Positions 9,586-19,872 are shown, numbered from the stretch's first letter. The stretch: 62,416 nt of DNA from Methanobacteriota archaeon (GCA_002699515.1 PAAW01000061.1:1-62416), one strand, 5' to 3'. Notes: generated from the letters alone by a model not told the origin. A program made the numbers and translations.

Positions 9586-10329
9586 TTAAATCCTCACCTC
9601 AAAACCTAAGTCAGCTAACTTTTTCTTTATTGAATGAATTTCAACTTTTTTGTAGTGTAGGGCAGATCCAATTAAAATCCCTGAAATACTCTTGTCTAGT
9701 TTATCAAGATGGTCAAGATGTCCAAAACCTCCACCAACTATTAAAGGAACTTTACAACAACTTAGTCCATGATCTATCATTTCATAATCAAAACCACTTT
9801 GATATCCATCATTATCTATTGAAGTCAATGAAATTTCACCAACTCCTCTCTCCGTAGCTTCAATTATCCAATCTTTTAATTCTTTGCCAGAGTTATCTCT
9901 GCCTGTTGAGGTAAAAACATTCCAAGTCCCATTTTTAATTTTTTTTGCTTCTATCGATAACGCAACATTTGCAGATCCAAAATATTTTACAAGTTCTTCA
10001 ATAATTTTTGGCTCATTTACAGCTGCTGTGTTTATTGATATTTTATCAGCACCATTTTGAAAATATAGCAAAGCGTCATCAACAGTCTTTATTGCGCCAC
10101 TAACTGTTATTGGTACAAAAATGTTTTTTGCAGTAAATAGTAAGATTTCATGTAGGCCACTTCTGCTGTAAAGACTTGCAACCGTGTCAATATACATAAT
10201 TTCATCAGCATTTTTTTTATAATATTCTTTAGCAAAGTCTTTAGCATTTCCAAGTTTTCTTAATCCTTCAAAATTAAGACCTTTAATTAAGTCATTATTT
10301 TTTATATCTAATCTAGAAATTACTCTCAT
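9586..10329 (-). CDS. hisF: HisF-like cyclase subunit (glycan-associated paralogue, WbuZ-like)
   Basis: RVISRLDIK..LIKG, ADE, GADKISINTAA, GEI.LTSID.DG, PLIVGGG. Confidence 0.9.
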   Translation of the reverse strand: MRVISRLDIKNNDLIKGLNFEGLRKLGNAKDFAKEYYKKNADEIMYIDTVASLYSRSGLHEILLFTAKNIFVPITVSGAIKTVDDALLYFQNGADKISINTAAVNEPKIIEELVKYFGSANVALSIEAKKIKNGTWNVFTSTGRDNSGKELKDWIIEATERGVGEISLTSIDNDGYQSGFDYEMIDHGLSCCKVPLIVGGGFGHLDHLDKLDKSISGILIGSALHYKKVEIHSIKKKLADLGFEVRI

Positions 10330-10354
10330 CTAAAATTTATTCTAGACACTAGGT

Positions 10355-11539
10355 TCAACTTACTTGTGTCTTAAGTACCCATTTATTATTTTCTTTTGTC
10401 CATACATTTGGAGACCGAAACTTATCAATAATTTCCCAAAATTCTTTCTCATCTAGATTAAAGTAATCAAGAAATTCTTCTAGGTATTTGGTGGGAAATT
10501 CATGATCGTATTTTTGCACTAATGCAACTCCTTCGTCCCTTGTTATTTTTCCATTTCTAATTTCTTGAGAAGCATCATATGTTGCTCTTCCAATACCAAA
10601 TTTAATAAAAATCATATAAAAATGAAGCCATTCCATAACGTCATCAATTCCTGCATATTTACTATATGACCCCTGCGAACGTTCATTGTTTGGTCTAAAT
10701 CCAGTATTTTCGGCTGCATAATAAAACATTTCCTGTGGATCCCATTTCACGTAGTAGCTTAAATAATGAACTTCAGTACTTATTTCAGTTAACTTTTGAT
10801 AGTCTACAGGCATATACATATTTAAATCAGATTCACTTATGTTATGTTGCTTAATTAATTCTTTTGCTGGGATGCCCCCAATTGTTATATCTTCTTTTTT
10901 TGCATCAGAAAAAAAAGACAAATCCATTGTTGGTTTATTATTATCTTCTATCTTATTACCGTATTCTGCCTGATTTTCCCCGTAAAAAACTAATGGAACG
11001 TCATACATGATTGAAGTTCTAGGCCCTATTAGTTTTTGTCCAATAATAAAAGGTTGAAATGGATGTCCAATATTTTCAAAAGCTAACCTTGCTAGTTCTC
11101 TATGAACCTTGCCACTAGGATGGATCAAAATATTATCAAACCCTCCAACTTGAATCCAAGATTGGAAGTTTTGCCAACCGATATCAGTATATTTATGTGG
11201 AGCCCATGTAACTGTGAGAGGATTCATTCCTAATTCATACTTTAAAAAATGAGAAGCGAAAGCGCTGTCTTTACCTCCTGATCCTGGAACTATACAGTCG
11301 TATGATCCATTATTACTTCTAAATTTATCACAAAGTTTTTCTAACTCACTTCGTCTATCTTCCCAGTTAATTCCTTCTTTGACTTCTGCCCAAATACAGG
11401 CTGTACAAACACCATTTTCAAACAAAATTTTAGGTTTTATATCTTCAGATTTGTTTTTAAACTCAACAACGCTACTGGGTCTTTGATTTGAAATAACACA
11501 TTTATCACAGTATTGAATTTCATCGAATACAGTTGTCAT
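10355..11539 (-). CDS. N-acetyl sugar amidotransferase (WbuX/PseA/WbpG family)
   Basis: YC.KCV.SNQRP, C.AC, YDCIVPGSGGKDS PP-loop, YGEN.AEYG, KFG.GRAT..AS.EIR.G.ITRDEG; ATG 11539 preferred (TATAGT 7 nt upstream), ORF track starts at TTG 11566. Confidence 0.9.
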   Translation of the reverse strand: MTTVFDEIQYCDKCVISNQRPSSVVEFKNKSEDIKPKILFENGVCTACIWAEVKEGINWEDRRSELEKLCDKFRSNNGSYDCIVPGSGGKDSAFASHFLKYELGMNPLTVTWAPHKYTDIGWQNFQSWIQVGGFDNILIHPSGKVHRELARLAFENIGHPFQPFIIGQKLIGPRTSIMYDVPLVFYGENQAEYGNKIEDNNKPTMDLSFFSDAKKEDITIGGIPAKELIKQHNISESDLNMYMPVDYQKLTEISTEVHYLSYYVKWDPQEMFYYAAENTGFRPNNERSQGSYSKYAGIDDVMEWLHFYMIFIKFGIGRATYDASQEIRNGKITRDEGVALVQKYDHEFPTKYLEEFLDYFNLDEKEFWEIIDKFRSPNVWTKENNKWVLKTQVS

Positions 11540-11605
11540 GCCATTTACTATACTATAATTTATCAAGTAACTACTTAACTTAACTTTGCAAGTATATGGT
11601 GCATA

Positions 11606-12343
11606 ATGTCAAAAAATAGAGATCATGATTATTTATATATAAATGAGAAAAAATATTTAACTGACCCAAAATATACAACGACACAATTTGAAAACTTACT
11701 AAAAGAAATATCATTTGGAAAAAAACAAGAAAGCTTATGGGACATTGGCTGTAGTAATGGATCACTATTAAATTATTTAGTAAAAAAATTTCCAAATTCT
11801 AAACTTTATGGCAGTGATGTAATCAAAGAAAGCTTAGAAGTAGCAAAAAAGAATACACATAGTTCAATAGAATACTTTTTTGATGACATAACAAAAGAAA
11901 AAACCTTAAGTTTAGAATGTGATGTTCTCATCTCAGTTGGGGTTTTTCAAATATATGAGGAAATTGAGAAAATATTAAATCAATATATTTCGAGAGTTAA
12001 GCCAAAGGGTTATATATTTATACAAGGTCCACTTAATAAATATGGTGTAGATGTTTTAATTAAATATAGGGATAACAGAAATACTAAAACAGAAGAAATA
12101 GATCAAATTGGTTGGAATTTATGGTCAGTAGAGTATTTAGAAAACTTATTTGATAAAATAAAAGAAATAGAAAATTATGAATTTATACCAATTCATTTCC
12201 CGAAAGATTTAACAGTAGAACATGACCATAAAGATACATTAAGAAGCTGGACGGTTAATCTAGATGGAGAAAATAAATTTTTGAATGGTCTATTTCTTCA
12301 AGATCATTATTTTATAAAATTAAAAATTGATAAATCAAGCTAG
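11606..12343 (+). CDS. Class I SAM-dependent methyltransferase
   Basis: LWDIGCSNG, YGSD, DDI, VKPKG.IFI. Confidence 0.85.
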   Translation: MSKNRDHDYLYINEKKYLTDPKYTTTQFENLLKEISFGKKQESLWDIGCSNGSLLNYLVKKFPNSKLYGSDVIKESLEVAKKNTHSSIEYFFDDITKEKTLSLECDVLISVGVFQIYEEIEKILNQYISRVKPKGYIFIQGPLNKYGVDVLIKYRDNRNTKTEEIDQIGWNLWSVEYLENLFDKIKEIENYEFIPIHFPKDLTVEHDHKDTLRSWTVNLDGENKFLNGLFLQDHYFIKLKIDKSS

Positions 12344-12351
12344 TTAACTGT

Positions 12352-13275
12352 ATGAAAAATCTTTATTCGATTATGTTCCACGATTTTAAGAGAAATAACT
12401 CTGCCGGAACGCAGGGAGCTATCTCAGAAGAAAATTTATATAAAATAATTGATTTTTACGATATAGATAAAATTTCAAATCCGAAATTATTTTTGGAAAA
12501 TGAAGATAACAATTTAGAGGGCGAATTATTTTTTACATTTGATGATGGTCTTTTAAGTCAATATGAAATCGCGTTTAAAATTCTTGAAGAACAAAATATA
12601 AAAGGACTTTTTTTTATCCATACAAAACCATTAATTGGGGAGTTCGATATTCATCAAATTACTAGAAACTTTAAAAATTCTAAAAATTTTGATAGTGTTG
12701 ATGAATTTAACTCTTTGTTAATTGAATTAATTAAAAGAAACTTTTCGGACAATGAAAAAGGCAAATTAAATAAAGAGTTTATAGAAAGCAAATACTTATT
12801 GGAGTACAAATTTTATTCTAGTTCTGATAGAGAACTTAGGTTTATAAGAGATTTCAAGATAAGTTTAGAAGAATATGAAGAATCGATCTTTTCGCTAATA
12901 AAGGAAAAAGGGGCAAGTTTAGATAGTTTAATAAATGAAACTTATATGAATAAGGAAATGGTAAAAGAAATTAGCGAAAGAGGCCACACTATTGGTTTAC
13001 ATTCGCATTCACACCCTACAAACCTTGGAAGCATGAAAGAAGATGACCAATATTATGAATTAAATAGAAATTCTGAAATTTTAGAAGAAATAATTGGTTA
13101 TAAGCCAAAAGCGTTATCTTTTCCATCTAATTCCTATAATGAACAAACTATTGATCTACTCAAAAAGTTAAAAATTAACTATGCCTTCAGAGCCAATGAT
13201 CAAATAAATCTGAACCCTTACGAACTTGCTAGAGTTGATGCAACTTATATAATTGAAAAAATAATGACTGGATAG
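12352..13275 (+). CDS. Polysaccharide deacetylase (NodB/CE4 family)
   Basis: IMFHDF, FTFDDG, IGLHSHSHP, SFPS. Confidence 0.85.
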   Translation: MKNLYSIMFHDFKRNNSAGTQGAISEENLYKIIDFYDIDKISNPKLFLENEDNNLEGELFFTFDDGLLSQYEIAFKILEEQNIKGLFFIHTKPLIGEFDIHQITRNFKNSKNFDSVDEFNSLLIELIKRNFSDNEKGKLNKEFIESKYLLEYKFYSSSDRELRFIRDFKISLEEYEESIFSLIKEKGASLDSLINETYMNKEMVKEISERGHTIGLHSHSHPTNLGSMKEDDQYYELNRNSEILEEIIGYKPKALSFPSNSYNEQTIDLLKKLKINYAFRANDQINLNPYELARVDATYIIEKIMTG

Positions 13276-13277
13276 AC

Positions 13278-14021
13278 ATGAAAGTTGGAATTATTTCTGG
13301 TGCCTCATTAAGGCATAATGCACTTGCATCTTATTTAAATCAAGAATACGAAGTTATACAGTTTTCAGAAGTAGCATCAACAAATAATAAATTAGAAAAC
13401 CAATCATTAAGAGAGTATTTTTCACAAGTTAAATTAATTGAGAATGAAAAATTTAATGGAACTGATTGGACTAATGAAAATTATAAAAAAATCTCAATTC
13501 CAAAAGGAGAACTAAATAATCTTCCTGAAGAAATCAACTACTTATTTAATTGTGAAGTAGTAATAATTTATGGGTCATCGATTATAAAAGATCCACTATA
13601 TTCAATGCTTCCTCAGAATAAATTACTTAATTTACACTTAGGAATCTCACCACAATACACAGGGTCTGCTTGTAATTTTTGGGCTTTGTATGATGACAAC
13701 ATACAATATGTTGGAGGGACAATTCAGACACTTTCTAAAAAGTTAGATTTAGGAAAGACTATTAAATATTGCTATCCTCAATTGAACATTCAAACCTTCA
13801 ACCCAGTTAATTTTTCTATGGAAGCAGTAAAAGAAACATTCCTAAATCTTCCTGAAGTTATTGACAAAATAGATAAATATATTGAAGAATCTCGTGAACC
13901 AGATTCTAAAAAATTAATTAGACATTCAAAAATAGCTGATTTTAATGAAAAAATTTTAACTGAATTTTACAAGAAAGAAATAAATCTTGAAAATATTAAT
14001 AAAAGAAATAAGAACAACTAA
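13278..14021 (+). CDS. Formyltransferase family protein (GART/Fmt fold), putative sugar N-formyltransferase
   Basis: YGSSIIK, NLHLGISPQY.GS..NFWA, G.TI....KLD.G. Confidence 0.78.
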   Translation: MKVGIISGASLRHNALASYLNQEYEVIQFSEVASTNNKLENQSLREYFSQVKLIENEKFNGTDWTNENYKKISIPKGELNNLPEEINYLFNCEVVIIYGSSIIKDPLYSMLPQNKLLNLHLGISPQYTGSACNFWALYDDNIQYVGGTIQTLSKKLDLGKTIKYCYPQLNIQTFNPVNFSMEAVKETFLNLPEVIDKIDKYIEESREPDSKKLIRHSKIADFNEKILTEFYKKEINLENINKRNKNN

Positions 14022-14023
14022 TT

Positions 14024-15058
14024 TTAAAGAATATTTAGTTTAGAAAGCTCTTCTTGGCTTCCTACATCAATCCATCTTTCAGTTATATAGTAAGGAAAAA
14101 CAGCATAATTCTCAATCGACTTACTAATTAGTTCATTCATATCCAAATATTCTTCATTTATCCTTTTAATTATTTTTGGATCTACTAAATTAATTCCGGC
14201 GCTTACCCAGTCTTGATATATTGGCTTTTCTTTATAGCCTGTGACTCTTTGCTTGTTAACTTTAATTACTCCATAAGGAATGAACGTGTTATATGGCCTT
14301 ACGCCGACAAGAATATCTGTTTGTTTTTTTTCTAAAGTCGTTATCATTTCTCTAAAATTTGTTTCTGTTACAACATCACAATTTAATGTAAGTACAGGAG
14401 ATTCTTCTTCTTTTAAGAAACATAAAGAACCAGCAGTTCCTAGAGGCTCTTTTTCTATTAAAAATTCAATTTCTGCATCATCTAATTTCAGTTCTGATAT
14501 CTTGTCTACAATTTGATTAGCCATGTGGTGAAGTGATATATAAATTTTTTTAAATCCAAAATCAGTGAGCTTTTTTAATTGATATTCTAAAAGAGTAATC
14601 CCTCCTATTTCTACTAATGGTTTAGGAATATTTTCTGTGATTTTACCCAATCTCGTGCCCTTTCCTCCAGCCATTAGCAATACAGAGTTATTTAGTTCTT
14701 TATTTATTTCATAAGGCACATAAAGCAAACTAACAATTTGATTATTCTTATCTAATACTGGTATGTATGGATTTAAATTTTTTTTAAATAGCTTATTCAC
14801 CTGCTCATTAGTGAAGTCTTTGCTAAGGAAGTCAAATTTATAGTTGATTATATTTTTTATACCTTTATCAAGCGCACCTTCTTCTAAAAGCCCTCTTCTT
14901 AAATCACCATTTGAAATAAGACCAATTAATTTATCATTTTTGACTATAAGTAATATTTTATGAAAGCAAGCTTCAATTTTTTGTAATGCAGAAAAAAAAG
15001 TATCATCTTCCTCAATGATATTGTCCTTTAAATCAGTTATTTCTTGGATCTGGGTCAT
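14024..15058 (-). CDS. CBS-domain nucleotidyltransferase (PtmE/LegX-like)
   Basis: N-terminal CBS pair (G.ISNGDLRR); LMAGGKGTRL...PKPL, E.EPLGTAG, NCD, EKP, W.DVG. Confidence 0.88.
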   Translation of the reverse strand: MTQIQEITDLKDNIIEEDDTFFSALQKIEACFHKILLIVKNDKLIGLISNGDLRRGLLEEGALDKGIKNIINYKFDFLSKDFTNEQVNKLFKKNLNPYIPVLDKNNQIVSLLYVPYEINKELNNSVLLMAGGKGTRLGKITENIPKPLVEIGGITLLEYQLKKLTDFGFKKIYISLHHMANQIVDKISELKLDDAEIEFLIEKEPLGTAGSLCFLKEEESPVLTLNCDVVTETNFREMITTLEKKQTDILVGVRPYNTFIPYGVIKVNKQRVTGYKEKPIYQDWVSAGINLVDPKIIKRINEEYLDMNELISKSIENYAVFPYYITERWIDVGSQEELSKLNIL

Positions 15059-15101
15059 AAAAGTTATATTAATAAAGTTAAATAAAATAAAATATACTAT
15101 T

Positions 15102-15107
15102 TAGAAT
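15102..15107 (+). promoter_or_regulatory. Putative -10 element of a leaderless promoter
   Basis: TAGAAT 6 nt before GTG 15114 in a 55-nt divergent gap; no Shine-Dalgarno. Confidence 0.55.
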
Positions 15108-15113
15108 ATTTCT

Positions 15114-16397
15114 GTGAAGAAAGCCGCTTTAATTGTTGATCATCCGTCTAGAGACCTAGATTATATTGTTGATATAGCAACAAATCTGAATAATTTAAAG
15201 ATTAAAACCTTTATTGTTCCATCTAATTTAAGACACAGAGAGCTGCTTTTGCTCAGTCCTGATTATGTTCTTTATCCAAATCATAGAGACTATTTTGCAG
15301 AGGAGGTAAATATATTAAAAAAATCTAGAATACTTGTCGGGGTCCTTGAAACTGAACAGTGTGTACACGAAGACTTTTTTCAAGATTATCAATTAACTAA
15401 AGATAAAGAAAAACGAAAAGATATTGAAGATTTTTTTGTTTGGGGGGAATATTTTTCAAATACTTCAATAAAAAGAAATTGGTACAATGAAAATCAAATT
15501 AAAATTATTGGAAGCCCAAAACATGATCGTTATTTAAAAAAAATTAAGAAAAAAGATAAAGATTTTGACATATTAGTAGCAACGTCATTTCCAAATTCAT
15601 CACCAATATTTGGAGAAAAAGTAAACACAAATAGCTATAGGTACCTTGGAATGAAAGATGAACACATAAAAACATTTATAGAGTTGCATAAAGAGAATAG
15701 ACAAAACACGATTTCTTTTATAAATAAATATTTATCAGGAAAAAAATATAAGGTTTTGTTAAGAGTGCATCCTTATGAAAAGAAAGATATGTATATTAAT
15801 GAAATTAAAGGAGAAAACATTGAAATAGATGATTCTGATGAAACTATATTTCACTCATTGAATAAATCAAAAATACTTTTACATTACAATTCGAGTTCTT
15901 GTGTAGATGCCCAGGTAGCTAAAATTCCAAGCATAAATATGTCGTGGATGCGAACTATGAAAGTTTTTCACGAATCTACAGAAATTATGAAAGAAATAAG
16001 CTACCAACCTCAGAGTGAAATAGATAGTATTGAACTTATTGATGAGATATTAGAAAATAAAATATCAATGAAAACAGAAAATGATAATAATGCAATTGAA
16101 AAATTTATTTATAAGCTTGACGGTAATTCTTCAGCTAGGTGTGCCGAGATAATTAGACAAACCGTTCATACGAAAAAAGTCAAAAAAGAGATATTTAAAA
16201 ATCAGACTATATTTTTAACAAACTTTAGCATTAAAGGATTCTTCGTCAGTTTATTTTTAAAGTATAAGTGGATGAAAACAAAAAAATATTTTAATAGAAA
16301 AGATATTAACAATAGCTTAGATAAAATAGGCACTTCCCTCGAAACAATAAATCCAAAAATTAATGGTATTTCTTTATCGTCTGTTGAAATTATCTAG
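15114..16397 (+). CDS. Surface carbohydrate biosynthesis protein (putative nonulosonate transferase, GT-B)
   Basis: LIVDHP.RDL N-terminus, VLETE, FVWG, GSPKHD, LRVHPYE, H.NSS..DA; heads the neuB-dehydratase-neuC unit. Confidence 0.65.
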   Translation: MKKAALIVDHPSRDLDYIVDIATNLNNLKIKTFIVPSNLRHRELLLLSPDYVLYPNHRDYFAEEVNILKKSRILVGVLETEQCVHEDFFQDYQLTKDKEKRKDIEDFFVWGEYFSNTSIKRNWYNENQIKIIGSPKHDRYLKKIKKKDKDFDILVATSFPNSSPIFGEKVNTNSYRYLGMKDEHIKTFIELHKENRQNTISFINKYLSGKKYKVLLRVHPYEKKDMYINEIKGENIEIDDSDETIFHSLNKSKILLHYNSSSCVDAQVAKIPSINMSWMRTMKVFHESTEIMKEISYQPQSEIDSIELIDEILENKISMKTENDNNAIEKFIYKLDGNSSARCAEIIRQTVHTKKVKKEIFKNQTIFLTNFSIKGFFVSLFLKYKWMKTKKYFNRKDINNSLDKIGTSLETINPKINGISLSSVEII

Positions 16398-16433
16398 TAG
16401 TAATATGAAAAGTAGACATATTCGAGGAAAAAA

Positions 16434-17462
16434 ATGATTAAATTTTCAGATATTATTGTTTCTGATGACAACGAACCATTTATTATTGCTGAGGCTGGAA
16501 TAAATCATGATGGAGATTTTAAAAAAGCGTTAGAGTTGATTGATGTTGCTGTTGTTTCAGGCGCCTCAGCAATCAAATTTCAAACCCACATAACAGATAA
16601 AGAGATGATCCCGACTGACATGAAACCTGGAAATATAAGCGAGGAATCTTTATGGGATATCATTGACAGATGTGTTCTCAATACAGAACAAGAAAAAGAA
16701 CTATTTGAGTACTCAAAAGAAAAAGGAATTTTATTTTTTTCAACCCCATTTAGTAGGGAAGGGGCAGATAGGTTGAACGAACTAGGAGTCGAACTTTTTA
16801 AAATTGGTTCTGGAGAGTGCAATAATATCCCTTTACTTGATCATGTTGCAAAATTCAATAAACCAATGATTTTATCAACAGGCATGAATGATATAGAATC
16901 AATAAAAACATCGGTAGAAACAATATTGAATCATGGAACCCCCTTAGCTGTTTTACATTGCACAAGTATATATCCTGCTCCACCTGAAACAATGAGGCTT
17001 GGCGCAATTACACATCTAAAAGAAACTTTCCCAGATTTAGAGATTGGTTTATCGGATCACTCTTTAGGAATTTCAGTTTCTCTTGGAGCTGTAGCAATAG
17101 GTGCAAATATAATTGAAAAGCATTTTACTAAATCAAGAAAATGGCCTGGTCCAGACAATCCATTTTCTATTGAGCCAAATGAACTTGAACAGCTTGTTCA
17201 ATCATCAAAAGAAATATGGAAATCAAGAGGAGGCAGAAAAGACATATTACCCGATGAACAGCCGGTTATAGATTTTGCCTATGCTTCTGTAGTAACTATT
17301 AAAGATATTAAAAAAGGAGATATTTTTACACTTGATAATCTTTGGGTAAAAAGACCTGGAACTGGTGAAATTTTAGCACCAGAATTTTATTCTATTCTAA
17401 ACAAAGAAGCATTGGTTGACATTCCTTCAGAGACTCAGCTTACGAAAGAAATGTACAAATAG
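16434..17462 (+). CDS. neuB: N-acetylneuraminate synthase with C-terminal SAF domain
   Basis: AEAGINHDG, KFQTH, STPFS, KIGSGECNN.PL, LSTGMN, LHCTSIYP, GLSDH, EKHFT, PGPD, FAYASVV, WVKRPG; GAGGA RBS. Confidence 0.93.
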   Translation: MIKFSDIIVSDDNEPFIIAEAGINHDGDFKKALELIDVAVVSGASAIKFQTHITDKEMIPTDMKPGNISEESLWDIIDRCVLNTEQEKELFEYSKEKGILFFSTPFSREGADRLNELGVELFKIGSGECNNIPLLDHVAKFNKPMILSTGMNDIESIKTSVETILNHGTPLAVLHCTSIYPAPPETMRLGAITHLKETFPDLEIGLSDHSLGISVSLGAVAIGANIIEKHFTKSRKWPGPDNPFSIEPNELEQLVQSSKEIWKSRGGRKDILPDEQPVIDFAYASVVTIKDIKKGDIFTLDNLWVKRPGTGEILAPEFYSILNKEALVDIPSETQLTKEMYK

Positions 17463-17464
17463 TT

Positions 17465-18682
17465 ATGGAGTTAAATTCTATTGATAGAGATTTTTTAGCA
17501 ACTAAAAGAAAAAAGTTATTAACAGATGAAGATTTCAATCTAAATTTTTCCAAACTAGAAAATCATTTTAATAACAAAAAAGTCTTGATAATTGGGGGTT
17601 CAGGTTCCATTGGATCATCTTTTGTAAGCGAGATATCAGAATTTTCACTTAAATCAATTCATATAATAGACCCTAATGAAAATGGTCTTACAAACTTAGT
17701 AAGAAATTTGAGAAGTAAAGACAATAAAGCTTCTTCCTTAAATTTGATTACCTCACCATTAGACTTTGGCTCAAAAATTACAGAACAATTTATTATTGAT
17801 AATGGGCCATATGATTTTATTTATAATTTTGCAGCAATAAAACATGTCAGATCTGAGAAAGATCTATATTCAACAATGCAAATGTTTGATACAAATGTTG
17901 TTAAGCATTCAAACTTATTAGAAAAAATACTTAAAGAAAAATCTTCAAAAGGATATTTTTCTGTATCAACAGATAAAGCGGCAAACCCCGTTAGCTTGAT
18001 GGGAGCATCGAAAAAGATAATGGAATTAGTTCTTCAGTGCAAACATTTAGAATCTGAATCAGATTTAATTACATCAACAACTAGGTTTGCAAATGTTGCT
18101 TTCTCTAACGGGAGTCTCTTACAGTCTTTTCCTATCAGATTTGAAAAACAAGAGCCCCTACCTTCACCAATTGATATAGATAGATACTTTGTATCACATA
18201 AAGAAGCAGCACAAATATGTATGCTTTCTACTGCAAGTCTTTCTGATGGTGATATATTAGTACCTAAAATATCTGAATCTTTTAAGCTTTATCCAATAAT
18301 TGAAGTTGCAAAAAACTTTATTCATTCAAAAAATTTAATTCCAGTTGTTGTTGACACCAAAGAAGAAGCTTACAAAATTATTAGTAAAAAAAATAATGAA
18401 TATCCAATATATGCGACTATCCCTGATACGTCAGGCGAAAAAGAGTTTGAAGAGTTTGTAGGAAGTGGTGAAGAACTTAAAGAATCAGAGTTTGAAAATT
18501 TTGACATCGTAAAACATTCAGAGTTTGATATTGGCAAGCTCAAAGAGTTTTTACTTGAATTCAATTTAATGCTATCTGGTGATAAAAAATTAAACAAAAA
18601 AGATTTAGTTGAAAGAATAAAACAAATAGTAAAATCATTTAACCATATTGATACGGGTTTAAGTTTAGATAACAGAATGTAA
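17465..18682 (+). CDS. NDP-GlcNAc 4,6-dehydratase (LegB/CapD-like)
   Basis: GGSGSIG, AAIKHVRSEKD, VSTDKAANPV.LMGASK, RFANVAFSNGSL, GEK.FEEF. Confidence 0.85.
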   Translation: MELNSIDRDFLATKRKKLLTDEDFNLNFSKLENHFNNKKVLIIGGSGSIGSSFVSEISEFSLKSIHIIDPNENGLTNLVRNLRSKDNKASSLNLITSPLDFGSKITEQFIIDNGPYDFIYNFAAIKHVRSEKDLYSTMQMFDTNVVKHSNLLEKILKEKSSKGYFSVSTDKAANPVSLMGASKKIMELVLQCKHLESESDLITSTTRFANVAFSNGSLLQSFPIRFEKQEPLPSPIDIDRYFVSHKEAAQICMLSTASLSDGDILVPKISESFKLYPIIEVAKNFIHSKNLIPVVVDTKEEAYKIISKKNNEYPIYATIPDTSGEKEFEEFVGSGEELKESEFENFDIVKHSEFDIGKLKEFLLEFNLMLSGDKKLNKKDLVERIKQIVKSFNHIDTGLSLDNRM

Positions 18683-18684
18683 GA

Positions 18685-19872
18685 ATGAAAAAAGTTGCTG
18701 TTTTTACTGGAAATAGAGCTGAGTTTGGTTTACAAACTCCCCTTTTGCATGAACTAAAAAAAAGTAATAATTTCGATTTGATTCTAATAGCTGCTGCGAG
18801 CCATATTGATCCAGATTTTGGTTCAACGATAAAAGAGATTGAGGAAAGTGGTTTTGAAATAAAATACAAAATTGACTTTAGACATAATTCAGATGATTTA
18901 CATGAAAATCCAAAAACTATTTCCGAGGGAATAAATCTTATTTCAGAGGTATTAAAAAAAATAAATCCTGATGTATTTATTGTTTATGCGGATAGATATG
19001 AGGGTTTTGCTGCTGTTATAGCTTCAACTCAAATGGGAATACTCACTGCTCATATAGAAGGTGGAGATGTAACGGAAGGAGGCACTTTTGATGATTCTGT
19101 AAGACATGCAATGACAAAACTTTCACATCTGCATTTCACTACAAACAAAGAGGCTTCTTCAAGGATCATTCAATTAGGTGAAAATCCAATAAACGTTTTT
19201 GAAGTTGGTTTATCTTCTGTAGATTTGATTCATAATAAAGAATATACAGATAAAGAAAATATTATAAAAAACTATAAGTTAGAAGATATTGAAAATTTAA
19301 TAGTATTTACACAGCATCCAGTTCCAATTAATAGGGATAAAATTTCTCAAGAATTTAGTCAAATTGAAAGTGCTTTTTCAGCTTTAGATATAAATAACTT
19401 AAAAATTATTTGTACTTATCCAAACAGTGATGTTGGTGGAAAAGAAATTATTAATATATTAAGTAAATGGAAAGAACAATATAATTTCATTGACATTTAT
19501 GAGTCTCTTGGTCGAAAAGACTTCCATGGGCTATTAGATTTAAATAATTCATCTCAAATTAAGTCATGCTACATTGGTAATTCTTCTGCTGGAATTAAAG
19601 AAACACCAGCTTTAAGGTGTCCAGCTCTTATTTTAGGAGATAGACAAAACGGAAGATTACATTCTACAAATGTGATTTTTTCAGAAATAGAGAAAAATAA
19701 AATTATTAATAATATAAATAGCATCTTTCTAGATAATGAAAAATTTAATACTTTAAGAGAATGTGAAAATCCTTATGGGGATGGAAAAATGGGTAAAAAA
19801 GTTGTAAATATACTTTCCGAAACAAAATTAAAAAAAGAGCTCTTAACCAAAAAATTTTTTGACATCAACTAG
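18685..19872 (+). CDS. neuC: Hydrolysing NDP-N-acetylhexosamine 2-epimerase (NeuC/LegG)
   Basis: VFTGNRAEFG, ADRYE, HIEGGD...G..DDS.RHA.TKLSH.HF, TQHP, YPNSD, GNSSAGI.E, GDRQ.GR, NPYGDG. Confidence 0.92.
   Translation: MKKVAVFTGNRAEFGLQTPLLHELKKSNNFDLILIAAASHIDPDFGSTIKEIEESGFEIKYKIDFRHNSDDLHENPKTISEGINLISEVLKKINPDVFIVYADRYEGFAAVIASTQMGILTAHIEGGDVTEGGTFDDSVRHAMTKLSHLHFTTNKEASSRIIQLGENPINVFEVGLSSVDLIHNKEYTDKENIIKNYKLEDIENLIVFTQHPVPINRDKISQEFSQIESAFSALDINNLKIICTYPNSDVGGKEIINILSKWKEQYNFIDIYESLGRKDFHGLLDLNNSSQIKSCYIGNSSAGIKETPALRCPALILGDRQNGRLHSTNVIFSEIEKNKIINNINSIFLDNEKFNTLRECENPYGDGKMGKKVVNILSETKLKKELLTKKFFDIN

Noticed and set aside
8950..10329. Histidine biosynthesis operon
   Set aside because: Only hisF/hisH-like genes, directly behind a sugar amidotransferase; this is the known glycan-associated arrangement.
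16405..16437. Mini-ORF MKSRHIRGKK overlapping the neuB ATG
   Set aside because: neuB has its own GAGGA RBS, and ATGA overlaps arise easily by chance in AT-rich DNA.
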